Of a DNA stretch of 64,000 nucleotides, positions 1 to 8,715 are shown in pieces; positions within the stretch are counted from its first letter, which is position 1, and every line of letters begins with the position of its first letter. The position numbers were made by a program, and so were the translations under genes. The DNA lies in assembly GCA_018882895.1 (NCBI GenBank), contig VERF01000005.1, forward strand, positions 3,378-67,377, written 5' to 3'. A model generated the notes under the pieces. That model ran no database searches and was not told where the DNA came from. It worked only from the letters and a program-made list of their open reading frames with translations. This DNA is from Candidatus Kapaibacterium sp. GTDB lineage: Bacteria; Bacteroidota; Ignavibacteria; Kapaibacteriales; Kapaibacteriaceae.

Positions 1-316
1 AATAGGTGTTCACCAGCGGAAAGGCAAGCTCAAAGGTCCTGCCGGCAACCGATGCAATGGTGGAGAACTCGCAGATGCCAACGTTTGACACGTCGTACGA
101 GGTTGTCGAGGTGCAGCCAAGGGTCTGGATGATGAGCACGCGATCACCAACAGCGAACGAAGCCAGCGAATCAACGGTCACCCGCGATCGACAGTTGATG
201 GTCTCTAGCGAGACAACCCTTGTGTAGTCATTGACGATCTGCTGCGCGCTGCCGGAAGCCAGGCTTGCAAGGGCCAGGACAATGACGGCAAGAATGTTCC
301 GAAGGGTGTGCGTCAT
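1..316 (-). CDS. secreted hypothetical protein, N-terminal ~105 aa only (gene runs off the left edge)
   Basis: Not in the ORF track. The reverse complement from ATG (316..314) reads MTHTLRNILAVIVLALASLASGSAQQIVNDYTRVVSLE... and stays open to position 2. It has a clear Sec signal peptide. The opposite-strand track ORF 6..227 is featureless. Confidence 0.5.
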   Translation of the reverse strand, partial: MTHTLRNILAVIVLALASLASGSAQQIVNDYTRVVSLETINCRSRVTVDSLASFAVGDRVLIIQTLGCTSTTSYDVSNVGICEFSTIASVAGRTFELAFPLVNTY

Positions 317-373
317 GATTTATCATGATCGTTATGACGCCACGAGAATACGGAAAAACCGAGCCGCAGACTC

Positions 374-1945
374 TTAGACAGGGGGTTTTTCCGAAAGGGT
401 CAACCCCTCAGAACGCTGCACGGTGTAGTCGATCTCCCAGTCACTCTTGAACAGCACCACCGGACGTTCCTGATCGTCGACCATCACAGGGGCGGCCGTC
501 GACGGACGCGCGGCGCTGGTGATCCATCGAAGACGCGTATAGGGGAGGCGCTCCAGACGGATGCGTTCGTTGTACTCGTTCTCCATACGCCATGCGAAGA
601 GTTCCAGCTGGAGTTCCCCGACAACGCCGACGAGAGGCACGGGGCTTCCATCGGCTTCGGTGAAGATCTGGATCACCCCTTCTTCGCGCAGCTGTTCGAT
701 GCCCTTTCGGAAGGACTTCGAGAACGACCCCGTAGCGGGCCACACCTTGGCAAAGATCTCCGGGGCGAATCTGGGAAAGGACGGAAGCGTTGCCGCCGTG
801 CGTTCGGTAAGCGTATCTCCAACCTGGAACAGTCCCGGATTGGTCAGTCCGATCACGTCTCCGGGATAGGCCTGGTCAATGATCTTGCGCTCTCTACCGA
901 AGATCTCGAACGGATACGTCAGCTTGGTCTCCTTGCCCGAACGCGGGTGCATGGCTGTCATTCCCCGCGTGAACGTGCCACTGACAATGCGAAGGAAGGA
1001 GATCCGATCGCGGTGGGCCTTATTCATGTTGGCCTGTACCTTGTAGACGAAGCCCACGAATTCGTTGCCCTCCGGCTCGATCGTACCGGTCGACATAGCG
1101 TATGGCTGCGGCGTTGGCGCCAGGTGCAGGATCGAACGAAGGAAGTGTTCGATGCCGAAGTTTGTGATGGCCGAACCCCAGAAGACGGGAGTGCAGCGTT
1201 CGGAAAGGAACGCGTCGGTGTCGAACTCGGGGATCACGTGATCGACAAATTCCAGGTCCTCCAGGAGCTTGTCGTGGGCCATATCGCCGATGGCAGAGCG
1301 AAGTTCGGCTCCTCGAATGTCGCCCACGCTCACCGGGGCCTTGTAGCGGTTACCGACCGTGCGTTCGAACTCGAAGAACTCACCCGTCTGCCGGTCGTAG
1401 ATCCCACGAAAGTCCGGCCCATCGCCGATCGGCCACGTGCGTGGTATGGCGGCAATGCCCAGTACCTGTTCGACCTCGTCGAGGAGCTCCAGCGGGTCGC
1501 GTGCCGGCCGGTCCATCTTGTTCATGAACGTGATGATCGGGATGCCCCGATCGCGGCACACCTTGAAGAGCTTGATGGTCTGTTCCTGGACGCCGCGGCC
1601 GGCATCCAGGAGCATGATGGCCGAATCAACGGCCATGAGCGTACGGTATGTGTCTTCGGAGAAGTCCTGGTGACCGGGCGTATCGAGGATGTTCAACAGC
1701 AGACCATCGTATTCGACGCGCATGGCGCTGGAGGATACCGAGATCCCGCGCTGCTGTTCGATCTCCATCCAGTCCGAGGTGGTCGAACTGTGCTTGCCCC
1801 CTGTCACGGCACCGGCCTGATGGATCGCTCCCGAGTAGAGCAGTAGCTTCTCGGTCATTGTCGTCTTGCCGGCATCGGGGTGGCTGATGATCGCCACCGT
1901 CCGACGGCGCCGGCATTCGTCGTGGATGTTGGCCATAGCCGGCAA
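374..1945 (-). CDS. prfC: peptide chain release factor 3
   Basis: 523 aa. Translational GTPase motifs AIISHPDAGKTT, DTPGHQDF and NKMDR, with RF3-like sequence throughout. The start could be the second Met at 1936. Confidence 0.95.
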   Translation of the reverse strand: MPAMANIHDECRRRRTVAIISHPDAGKTTMTEKLLLYSGAIHQAGAVTGGKHSSTTSDWMEIEQQRGISVSSSAMRVEYDGLLLNILDTPGHQDFSEDTYRTLMAVDSAIMLLDAGRGVQEQTIKLFKVCRDRGIPIITFMNKMDRPARDPLELLDEVEQVLGIAAIPRTWPIGDGPDFRGIYDRQTGEFFEFERTVGNRYKAPVSVGDIRGAELRSAIGDMAHDKLLEDLEFVDHVIPEFDTDAFLSERCTPVFWGSAITNFGIEHFLRSILHLAPTPQPYAMSTGTIEPEGNEFVGFVYKVQANMNKAHRDRISFLRIVSGTFTRGMTAMHPRSGKETKLTYPFEIFGRERKIIDQAYPGDVIGLTNPGLFQVGDTLTERTAATLPSFPRFAPEIFAKVWPATGSFSKSFRKGIEQLREEGVIQIFTEADGSPVPLVGVVGELQLELFAWRMENEYNERIRLERLPYTRLRWITSAARPSTAAPVMVDDQERPVVLFKSDWEIDYTVQRSEGLTLSEKPPV

Positions 1946-1947
1946 AC

Positions 1948-2772
1948 TTACGGCTGGATCGGCGTCGACGCTGCCTCGCGTGTGTTGACGTCGAACAGGA
2001 TGCTCACACCAAAGCGCAATGGCGTGATGGTCCAGGCCGCATCGGTGATCACATCCGTGAACATCGGCGAATACGTCACCTCAGGATTGATGCTCAGTCC
2101 TCCGGCAAGGGGCGCAGAGTAACGCAGCCCGATGATCGCACCGGCCTGCAGGCCGCTGGTGTTCGGAATGTCGGCACTCGAGACGTTGTACAGACCCGAC
2201 CCGGTGGGGAAGTTGTACGGTAGAGAAGGATCCTTGAGGCGCTCCTGCTGATCGTACGTTCCGCCGAGAGTGGTGCCGATGCGAAGGCCGCCCAGCACCG
2301 ACAGTCCGCCGCCGAGCCCGAGGCTGGCCACGGGCTCGAGAAGCAGAAATGTCGTGGTCGTCGACAGTGTGTGTTCGATGGATGACGAGAGTGTGCCATT
2401 TCCGGCGCGGACCGTGATGGGCTCGGATGATGCGAAATCTGTCGATGCCGACTGGTACACCACACGCCCACCAATGTCGATGGTCTTCGACATTGGCACC
2501 ATGAACTCTGCACCGAAGACCATTCCCGAGCCGGATGTGGAGGCGTATCCCGGACAGCATGACGCAACGGAAGGCAGCCGGAACGACGTCACACCGTTCA
2601 TCATGATACCGTACGAGGCGTGAGCACCGACGGACATCACGCGACGTGACACCATGGCCGGTTCCTTCTTGGGTTCGGGCTTTGGACGTTCTTTGGAGAG
2701 AGATTCCTGGGCAATGACATTGGCGAAGCCGAGGACGAGCAGTGCCACAAGGGCGATGGTTCGATTCATCAT
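1948..2772 (-). CDS. small outer-membrane beta-barrel protein with vicinal-Cys motif (paralogue of 37684..38445)
   Basis: Signal peptide MMNRTIALVALLVLGFANVIAQ. Alternating Gly/Ser/Thr-rich amphipathic strands and an aromatic-rich C-terminus (RFGVSILF). Motif SCCPGYASTSGSG aligns with ACCTYESGTS in ORF 37684..38445. Starts 18 nt after the giant cargo gene, preceded by a GAGGA ribosome-binding site. Confidence 0.7.
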   Translation of the reverse strand: MMNRTIALVALLVLGFANVIAQESLSKERPKPEPKKEPAMVSRRVMSVGAHASYGIMMNGVTSFRLPSVASCCPGYASTSGSGMVFGAEFMVPMSKTIDIGGRVVYQSASTDFASSEPITVRAGNGTLSSSIEHTLSTTTTFLLLEPVASLGLGGGLSVLGGLRIGTTLGGTYDQQERLKDPSLPYNFPTGSGLYNVSSADIPNTSGLQAGAIIGLRYSAPLAGGLSINPEVTYSPMFTDVITDAAWTITPLRFGVSILFDVNTREAASTPIQP

Positions 2773-2790
2773 GATGTGTTTCCTCGGTGT

Positions 2791-5700
2791 TTAGCGTTGA
2801 ATAAGAACCGGAATGGTCGTCACCTCACCACGAGCCTGAACGGTCATCGTGTAGGTGCCGGCGCCGAGACCACGCACATCCAGTGTGCGACGGAGGTCGT
2901 CGCCGGATGTGGCCGACTCTTGGCCGCTCATGAGCGTCTGACCAAGCGTGTTGGTAAGGGTCCAGCTCAGCAGGTCCGTGCCAAGCCCCTTAACGTCGAT
3001 GGTGACGTCCGAGCCGGCCGGTGTCGGATACACCACAACGCCATAGCCGTTCTTCTTCGGGATCAGGTAGCGATCTCCACCTTCTCGGCAGATATCGCTG
3101 ATGGTCACCTGACCATTGCGCTTCTCGATCTGAGCACCCGTGAGCCCGATCCACTGGAAGTCGGTCAGCGTCAATGCCGTGCGATCGGCCGAGCCGAGCA
3201 CAGCGGTGAAGTTCAGGGCAAAGAGCGTGCCGACGGTGTCGACTCCTCGCGTACCCTGGATGGTGACCGAGCATGGGCCCGAAGTGTTCGGCAACCAACA
3301 GTCGACCACGTTGGCACGGCCGACCACAACGCCGGGGTCGTAGGTGAGTGTTGCACGCCACGACTTTGCATCGGAGGCGTTGAGTCCCTGTGAGCTCAGA
3401 AGGCGCACCGGCACGACGAACTGTTCGCCTACCTTCGCGCTGACAGAGTCGATGCTCACGGTGCTGGAAACAATGGTCGTCTTGGTGCACGTTGCCGTTA
3501 CAACTGTCTGGGCCGTGACTCCCGCGCAGGGCAGTAAGACGGCAGCTTCAAGCGTGTCGCTGATCGTGGTCCGACCCTGGCAGGCCGTGATGAAATCAAC
3601 CATGAGTTCGCCACCGGGAAGAATACCGACAAGGGGGCCGGGCACAGCAACATCGACGGCCGTGCCGCTGCTTTTGGAAGAGACACCTACGAAGATGGTG
3701 TCAGTTCCGGTGTTCGTGAACTTCGTCTTGCCCGTAGCAGTGTTGTTGATCGCACCAAGAGCAACCGTCGGATTATCCGAGCGCAGAGCGACGCTCGTGC
3801 GCACGCCCTGAACACGGATCACACGGCGCACGTCGCACGGATCGAATGTCACCACGATACTGTCAACCAATGGACCATCGGCCGCCGGCGTCCATGTGAG
3901 GCTGAACGACTGGGCCTGACCCGCCGTCAGCGTTTGGCCGTTTGTGAGCGTGGTTGTGACGCGACCGCCGTTTGTGACCGATTTGATCGATGCCGTTCCC
4001 GTTCCATCGAACGACAACGTAGCCGTCTTCTGAACCGATGTCCCGGGCGCGCAGGCCGAGAACTCACCGAAGTCGACCACGGAAGGTGTGGTAAAGGCGA
4101 TGCCGTTCTTTTGCAGTGCGTAGGAAACACTCACTTTGACGGCGCATGGTTCAACCTTAAGATCCTGCGTACGGCTGAATGCACCCGCCGCCGATGGTCG
4201 CAGCGAGACGTTCACGATCGTCGAAGACTTGGCGCCGATTGTCAGGGGGCCTGCCGGCGCATACACGATCTCAGGATCGTTAGGAAGCGTCACCGTCACC
4301 GGTACGTTCGACGTGTTCTCGATGGTGATGGCCGTATCGCGTTGGCCCTCACATCCAGACAGAGTGCCGGCATTGATCGAAGCAGGCGTCACCGTGGCCG
4401 TGACGGCGCTGGTGACGGCATTGAGCTTCACGCGCAGAGAGTCCTTGCACGGACCAGATTCGAATGGGAAGACCACATCCACCGAATACGTGCCCGGCGT
4501 CGGCGTGTAGGAGAATACAACTTCGCGACTCTCACCTGGCTTGAGTGTTACCTCGGCAGTTGGTGAGACAAGCGCAAATGGGGCTGCGATGGCCACGGGC
4601 TTGACAACGAGATCAACCTTGCCGCTGTTGCGGATAAGGGCTGTGTCCCGGCGCACATCGGTGTCGCAGACCACTCCCGCACCGAACGACACTACGCCCG
4701 GAGTGATCGAGGCTGTGAGCTGATCCTTCTTGGCGGTGTAACGGACCAACGTCGACCAGTCACATGGCGTGCCCGACACGGTGAACGTTCCGTTGATGGT
4801 CCCTGCAGTTGATGCCGAGATGCGCACGCGCAGATTCACCGTCGAGTTCGGGGCAATGACTACGCCCGGTGTGAGTGACGTCAGCATGCTGATGCGCGGA
4901 TCATCGGGAACGAATCCCGTTGCGCGCAGCTCGTAGGAGTGTGGATTTGTGATCGAGAACTCCAGCTCGGACGACGAGGCGCAGGCGTCAATGGTGCCGA
5001 AATCAATCGATGGTGGAGCCGCTGACGGCTTTGGATCGATGACCGTTGCAAGCACGGTGTCGCGAGCGCTACAGCCGGAGGCATCGGTTATCGTGACCTC
5101 ATAGCGGGATGTCGTGCCCGGGTTCACCGTAGGAGTCTGAAGTGTGTCGTCATCGATAAACTCGACGCCGGTCTCGACCCTGTTCCACTTATATCGGTAA
5201 GGGGGCGTTCCGCCGCTCGGTACGGCACGAAGCAGAACGCTCGACTTGATGCACAGCGATGTGTCGCGTCCGGCTGATACGTTCGGCTTGGGGTTGCGAC
5301 CGATGAATATCGTGTCGCGGTAGCGGCAACCGTCAGCCGTTGTACACAGCACACGATACGAGCCTGAATCACGAACGATGATATTTGCCGTCGTCTCACC
5401 TGTCGACCACAGATACCGTGCAAACCCCTTCGGACCGATGAGTTGCCGTGAATCAACGTCGCAGATCGTTGCGGGTCCATTCGGTTGGATCTCGATGATC
5501 GAGTCCTTGCACTGACTGAAATATGCCACGAACGCACTCTTCCGGAGCGTGTCCTTGTCCAGTTTGGACGAGTCCTGATAGGCCCCCGTTGTCGTGGTCA
5601 TCCGGTAGCTCTGAGCGATCCCCGTGAACACCACGTATGCGTTCTGGTCCAGCGCGACGTCGAATAGTTCGTCGTTACCGAAGTCGGTATTTGGCGGCAC

Positions 5701-7758
5701 GACCGGTGGTGGTGGCGGCGGTGGCGGTGGTGGTGTTGGCAGATTGGTCTGCGGCGGTGCACCAAGGAACGAGCCATAGAGTACGATGGATCCGGCAGGG
5801 TTGAGCTTGCCCATGATGCCGTCGGTGCCACTCGCGGCAAAAGGTGTCGACTGCACGGCATCGGCCGTTACCGGAATGTTAGGCGAGCGGCCCGTATTGC
5901 CTGCCACCCAGATGTTATCGGCTTGGTCAATGGCAACGCCGCGCAGAGCATCAGCCGAGTCACCGCCGTAGTAGGTTGACCATGCAACGACACCGGCTGA
6001 AGTGTACTTGCGGATGAATCCATCGCTTTGTCCGGTGAACGTACCTTTCAGCGCGGCCTGAACGGGGAAGTCAGCCGCCTCGGCCGTGCCAACGATCACA
6101 ACGTCACCCTTGCTGTCGATGGCGATGTCACCGAGCGTCTCAAAGCTCGCGGAGCCGAAGACCGATGCCCACAGACGTGTCGGTGTCGGACCGAATTTCA
6201 CAACCCCAACGTCATAGATCCCCTTGAAGCGCGAGCCGTCGGTTACCGGGAAGTTGTTCGACTCGGTCGTGCCGGTGAAGATGACGTTACCCTGCTTGTC
6301 AAAGACGATCTTGCCGCCGTACTCAAAGTCGCCCCCTCCGTAGAAAATCAGATAGTCATTGGTCCACTTTGAAGGGTTGGCAGTGCGCGGTTTGACGATG
6401 CTCAGAAACAGGTCCGTGTTGTCGTTGAAGTTCGAGGTGTCCTTTCGGTAGGGGGCTTCCCCGAACAAACCGCCAAGTCGTGGAGAGCGCGTATGGCCAA
6501 CGATGGCCACACGGTTTGCGGTTACTGCGATGCCCGTGGCCACATCATTCTCGCGTCCGAATACTTCCCAGCTGTCGCCCCACTTGCCATCTGGCAGGAG
6601 CATCAGCACCATTGCTTCCTGAAGCTGGACCGAGTCAGGGTCGCCATACGGTGCACTCCCAATAAGGGCATTGGACCATTCGGGACGGTCCTTTGAGTTG
6701 GACTGACCGGCCATCCAGATGTTGCCTTTGGCGTCGGTGGTGACGTCGTTCAGCTTGTCATCGAGCGAACCGCCATAATAGGTGTGCCAAATGAATGCCC
6801 CGTTCTCATCAAACTTGGCCACGTAGCCGTCGGTGCGAGCCTTGAGGCGACGCTGCAGAACGCCCGGAGAGCTGGGCATGTTGGTTGCGAGCGTCGATCC
6901 GGCGATGATGATGTTCCCTGTCGGATCGATGGCCGTGTAGGCCGACTCGATCGTGTTGTTGCCACCGTAGTAGGTGGCCCAGATCCGCTGTGGGTCGATG
7001 ACAAGGATCCGTGTTGGATCGTACGAACCAAGATCGAACCGTACCGATGAGCCACTCACTTGATAACGGGCACGAACCGGGATGCGATTCGCTCCGGCGT
7101 CATCGGTAGTGAACACGACAGGAGCTTGTTCGGAAAGGGAGCCAAGGGGCGTCTCGACGATCAGGTTTCCGTCCTCGTCGGTGACGGGAGCCGTGGTGCC
7201 GTCATAGCGAAAGGCGATGAGCCTTGGGTCGGCACCGGGTTGCACAACGAAGTCGTACTTCAATCCGAGCGGCGTCAGATACATCCGCATGTCGATGCCC
7301 GGCCACACCTCATGGTATACGATGCTGCCGAAACGGTCGGCTACGATCCCATCAACACCGGTATGAGGCCCAATGTGGCGGATAGTGCCGGGCTGCCGGT
7401 CAACGAACTCAACCCGCGGATCCGGGTTGCTGGCGATCAGGCGCATGTCTGCCCTGAAGAGGTCTGCCTCATACTCGGTCATATACGGGTCACGCGATGG
7501 TATCCGGTAGTTGACCTGCTGCAGAATGTCGAGCCCCTTGCTGTGAACATATGCCGTCACGTCGCCGAGGCGAAGGATGGCATCAACATGGCGCGAATCG
7601 GCACCTGCTTCATACCGGGCCTGGCCGACGTTTCGGTCGAAGGCCACCGGTGCCCTCGGTGTTGTGAGTCGCGATGCGGTTCCGGAAGCCGTGGCCACCC
7701 CTCCGCAAAGGACGTTTAGGATCAGCATCGGGATAAGCAAGCCGGCAAGACGAAGCAT
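2791..7758 (-). CDS. giant (~1655 aa) T9SS-sorted surface protein: SBBP beta-propeller repeats, poly-Pro tract, ~6 two-Cys Ig-like modules, cohesin-like module, type-A CTD
   Basis: Track ORF 2791..7950. The likely start is Met65 (ATG at 7758) because it gives the signal-like MLRLAGLLIPMLILNVLCGGVATASG. Contains repeated YYGG..D....D..GN...G.T.S..FP units. The cohesin-like segment is VSIDSVSAKVGEQFVVPVRLL...LTYDPGVV. The C-terminus VVVYPTPAGSDVTIDVKGL...GTYTMTV...IPVLIQR fits the Por secretion tail. Confidence 0.85.
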   Translation of the reverse strand: MLRLAGLLIPMLILNVLCGGVATASGTASRLTTPRAPVAFDRNVGQARYEAGADSRHVDAILRLGDVTAYVHSKGLDILQQVNYRIPSRDPYMTEYEADLFRADMRLIASNPDPRVEFVDRQPGTIRHIGPHTGVDGIVADRFGSIVYHEVWPGIDMRMYLTPLGLKYDFVVQPGADPRLIAFRYDGTTAPVTDEDGNLIVETPLGSLSEQAPVVFTTDDAGANRIPVRARYQVSGSSVRFDLGSYDPTRILVIDPQRIWATYYGGNNTIESAYTAIDPTGNIIIAGSTLATNMPSSPGVLQRRLKARTDGYVAKFDENGAFIWHTYYGGSLDDKLNDVTTDAKGNIWMAGQSNSKDRPEWSNALIGSAPYGDPDSVQLQEAMVLMLLPDGKWGDSWEVFGRENDVATGIAVTANRVAIVGHTRSPRLGGLFGEAPYRKDTSNFNDNTDLFLSIVKPRTANPSKWTNDYLIFYGGGDFEYGGKIVFDKQGNVIFTGTTESNNFPVTDGSRFKGIYDVGVVKFGPTPTRLWASVFGSASFETLGDIAIDSKGDVVIVGTAEAADFPVQAALKGTFTGQSDGFIRKYTSAGVVAWSTYYGGDSADALRGVAIDQADNIWVAGNTGRSPNIPVTADAVQSTPFAASGTDGIMGKLNPAGSIVLYGSFLGAPPQTNLPTPPPPPPPPPPVVPPNTDFGNDELFDVALDQNAYVVFTGIAQSYRMTTTTGAYQDSSKLDKDTLRKSAFVAYFSQCKDSIIEIQPNGPATICDVDSRQLIGPKGFARYLWSTGETTANIIVRDSGSYRVLCTTADGCRYRDTIFIGRNPKPNVSAGRDTSLCIKSSVLLRAVPSGGTPPYRYKWNRVETGVEFIDDDTLQTPTVNPGTTSRYEVTITDASGCSARDTVLATVIDPKPSAAPPSIDFGTIDACASSSELEFSITNPHSYELRATGFVPDDPRISMLTSLTPGVVIAPNSTVNLRVRISASTAGTINGTFTVSGTPCDWSTLVRYTAKKDQLTASITPGVVSFGAGVVCDTDVRRDTALIRNSGKVDLVVKPVAIAAPFALVSPTAEVTLKPGESREVVFSYTPTPGTYSVDVVFPFESGPCKDSLRVKLNAVTSAVTATVTPASINAGTLSGCEGQRDTAITIENTSNVPVTVTLPNDPEIVYAPAGPLTIGAKSSTIVNVSLRPSAAGAFSRTQDLKVEPCAVKVSVSYALQKNGIAFTTPSVVDFGEFSACAPGTSVQKTATLSFDGTGTASIKSVTNGGRVTTTLTNGQTLTAGQAQSFSLTWTPAADGPLVDSIVVTFDPCDVRRVIRVQGVRTSVALRSDNPTVALGAINNTATGKTKFTNTGTDTIFVGVSSKSSGTAVDVAVPGPLVGILPGGELMVDFITACQGRTTISDTLEAAVLLPCAGVTAQTVVTATCTKTTIVSSTVSIDSVSAKVGEQFVVPVRLLSSQGLNASDAKSWRATLTYDPGVVVGRANVVDCWLPNTSGPCSVTIQGTRGVDTVGTLFALNFTAVLGSADRTALTLTDFQWIGLTGAQIEKRNGQVTISDICREGGDRYLIPKKNGYGVVVYPTPAGSDVTIDVKGLGTDLLSWTLTNTLGQTLMSGQESATSGDDLRRTLDVRGLGAGTYTMTVQARGEVTTIPVLIQR

Positions 7759-7890
7759 CAGAATCCTCGTTACAATTGTTTCGTATAGAGAAACGAGAAT
7801 ACGACACAATCGGCCAACCGACAAGTAACAACCGGTGCTATTGCGTATCATTGGCCCTGTTTCGACAACCATGAACATGGCCATGATGCA

Positions 7891-8715
7891 ATGACGACGC
7901 TTGAGACCCTCTCGACGGCCGCCGGACGTGCGCTCCTGCGAGACCTTCATCAGGAGCTGCGATTCGACAAGCAGATGAACTCAATCACAACGTTGAGTTA
8001 CCTCTGGCGTATCTGTACGCGAGAGACAGACCTGTTCCGCACGGTCAATCGTGACGTCACGATCCTGCATCCCCTGGGTCTGTTCTCCGGCACCTCTCTG
8101 TGGATGCAGGAGATCGTCAACCGCTTTTACTATGCACCTATCAACGCCTTTGTGTACATGGGTGCGGCCATTCTGCTGGTTGCAGTTGGACTGAATCGGA
8201 TTCGCATCATAGACACTCCCGGGATCCTCGTGGCGGCCATCATCATCGAGGCGTTGCTGCTGGTTGTGCTCTTTCTGGTGATGTTCTTCACACCCCCGAG
8301 CGAGATCGATGCTCAATCTTCAGAAGCGCAAGCAGACGGAGCTACGCAGGAACTCCTGCGCGAGCTGGGAGAGATTGGTCGTGACTATGCGGCCATGGCC
8401 GTTCAGTTGGAGACGATCTCGGTGACGCTCCACGAGGTGGTTGAGCGTCAGGATGTCATGACGCGGCAGCTGCGCGACAGCGTCGAGGCCGCTGTTGGTG
8501 CGGTGGCGCCCAATCCTGAGCTCATGCAGGCGATGAAACAGAACACGCATGCCCTTGCCGACTTTTCCGAAAGCGTCACGCTTCTGAGCGAACGACTCCG
8601 CGCCGTTGAGCGTCAGGAGGTCGAGGGCCTGGTTCGGCAGGAGCTGGAGAAGATTCTCTCACGCAACATCGTCGATCGAGATGGATCAGCGCCAGCCCCG
8701 TCGTCCAAGAGTTGA
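7891..8715 (+). CDS. GldL/PorL-like inner-membrane motor (stator) protein
   Basis: Two TM helices (NAFVYMGAAILLVAVGL and GILVAAIIIEALLLVVLFLVMFF) followed by a ~140 aa coiled-coil-like tail. The Glu buried in TMH2 (GAG 8248..8250) is residue 49 if translation starts at the internal ATG 8104 (203 aa, GldL-sized). It resembles my recollection of F. johnsoniae GldL (..FAYGMGAA.., ..LLTE49ALIF..). The ORF is open from 7891, and which start is used is unresolved. Confidence 0.6.
   Translation: MTTLETLSTAAGRALLRDLHQELRFDKQMNSITTLSYLWRICTRETDLFRTVNRDVTILHPLGLFSGTSLWMQEIVNRFYYAPINAFVYMGAAILLVAVGLNRIRIIDTPGILVAAIIIEALLLVVLFLVMFFTPPSEIDAQSSEAQADGATQELLRELGEIGRDYAAMAVQLETISVTLHEVVERQDVMTRQLRDSVEAAVGAVAPNPELMQAMKQNTHALADFSESVTLLSERLRAVERQEVEGLVRQELEKILSRNIVDRDGSAPAPSSKS

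Noticed and set aside
6-227. Track ORF (+), 73 aa
   Set aside because: The opposite strand carries an open frame with a clean signal peptide starting at 316 and running off the edge. The + ORF has no recognisable features.
344-384. Hairpin GGAAAAACC...GGTTTTTCC around the prfC stop as a terminator
   Set aside because: The loop is 23 nt and contains the stop codon itself, and there is no proper U-tract. Support is too weak to list as a feature.
947-1846. Long antisense or alternative-frame ORFs inside well-supported genes. Examples: 947..1846, 12978..13691, 23050..24291, 26774..27550, 36482..37183, 43538..44320, 52008..52646, 54515..55174, 57689..58627
   Set aside because: These are typical shadow ORFs of ~60% GC DNA. 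They are Arg/Pro/His-rich with no motifs, and each fully overlaps a gene with strong family signatures.
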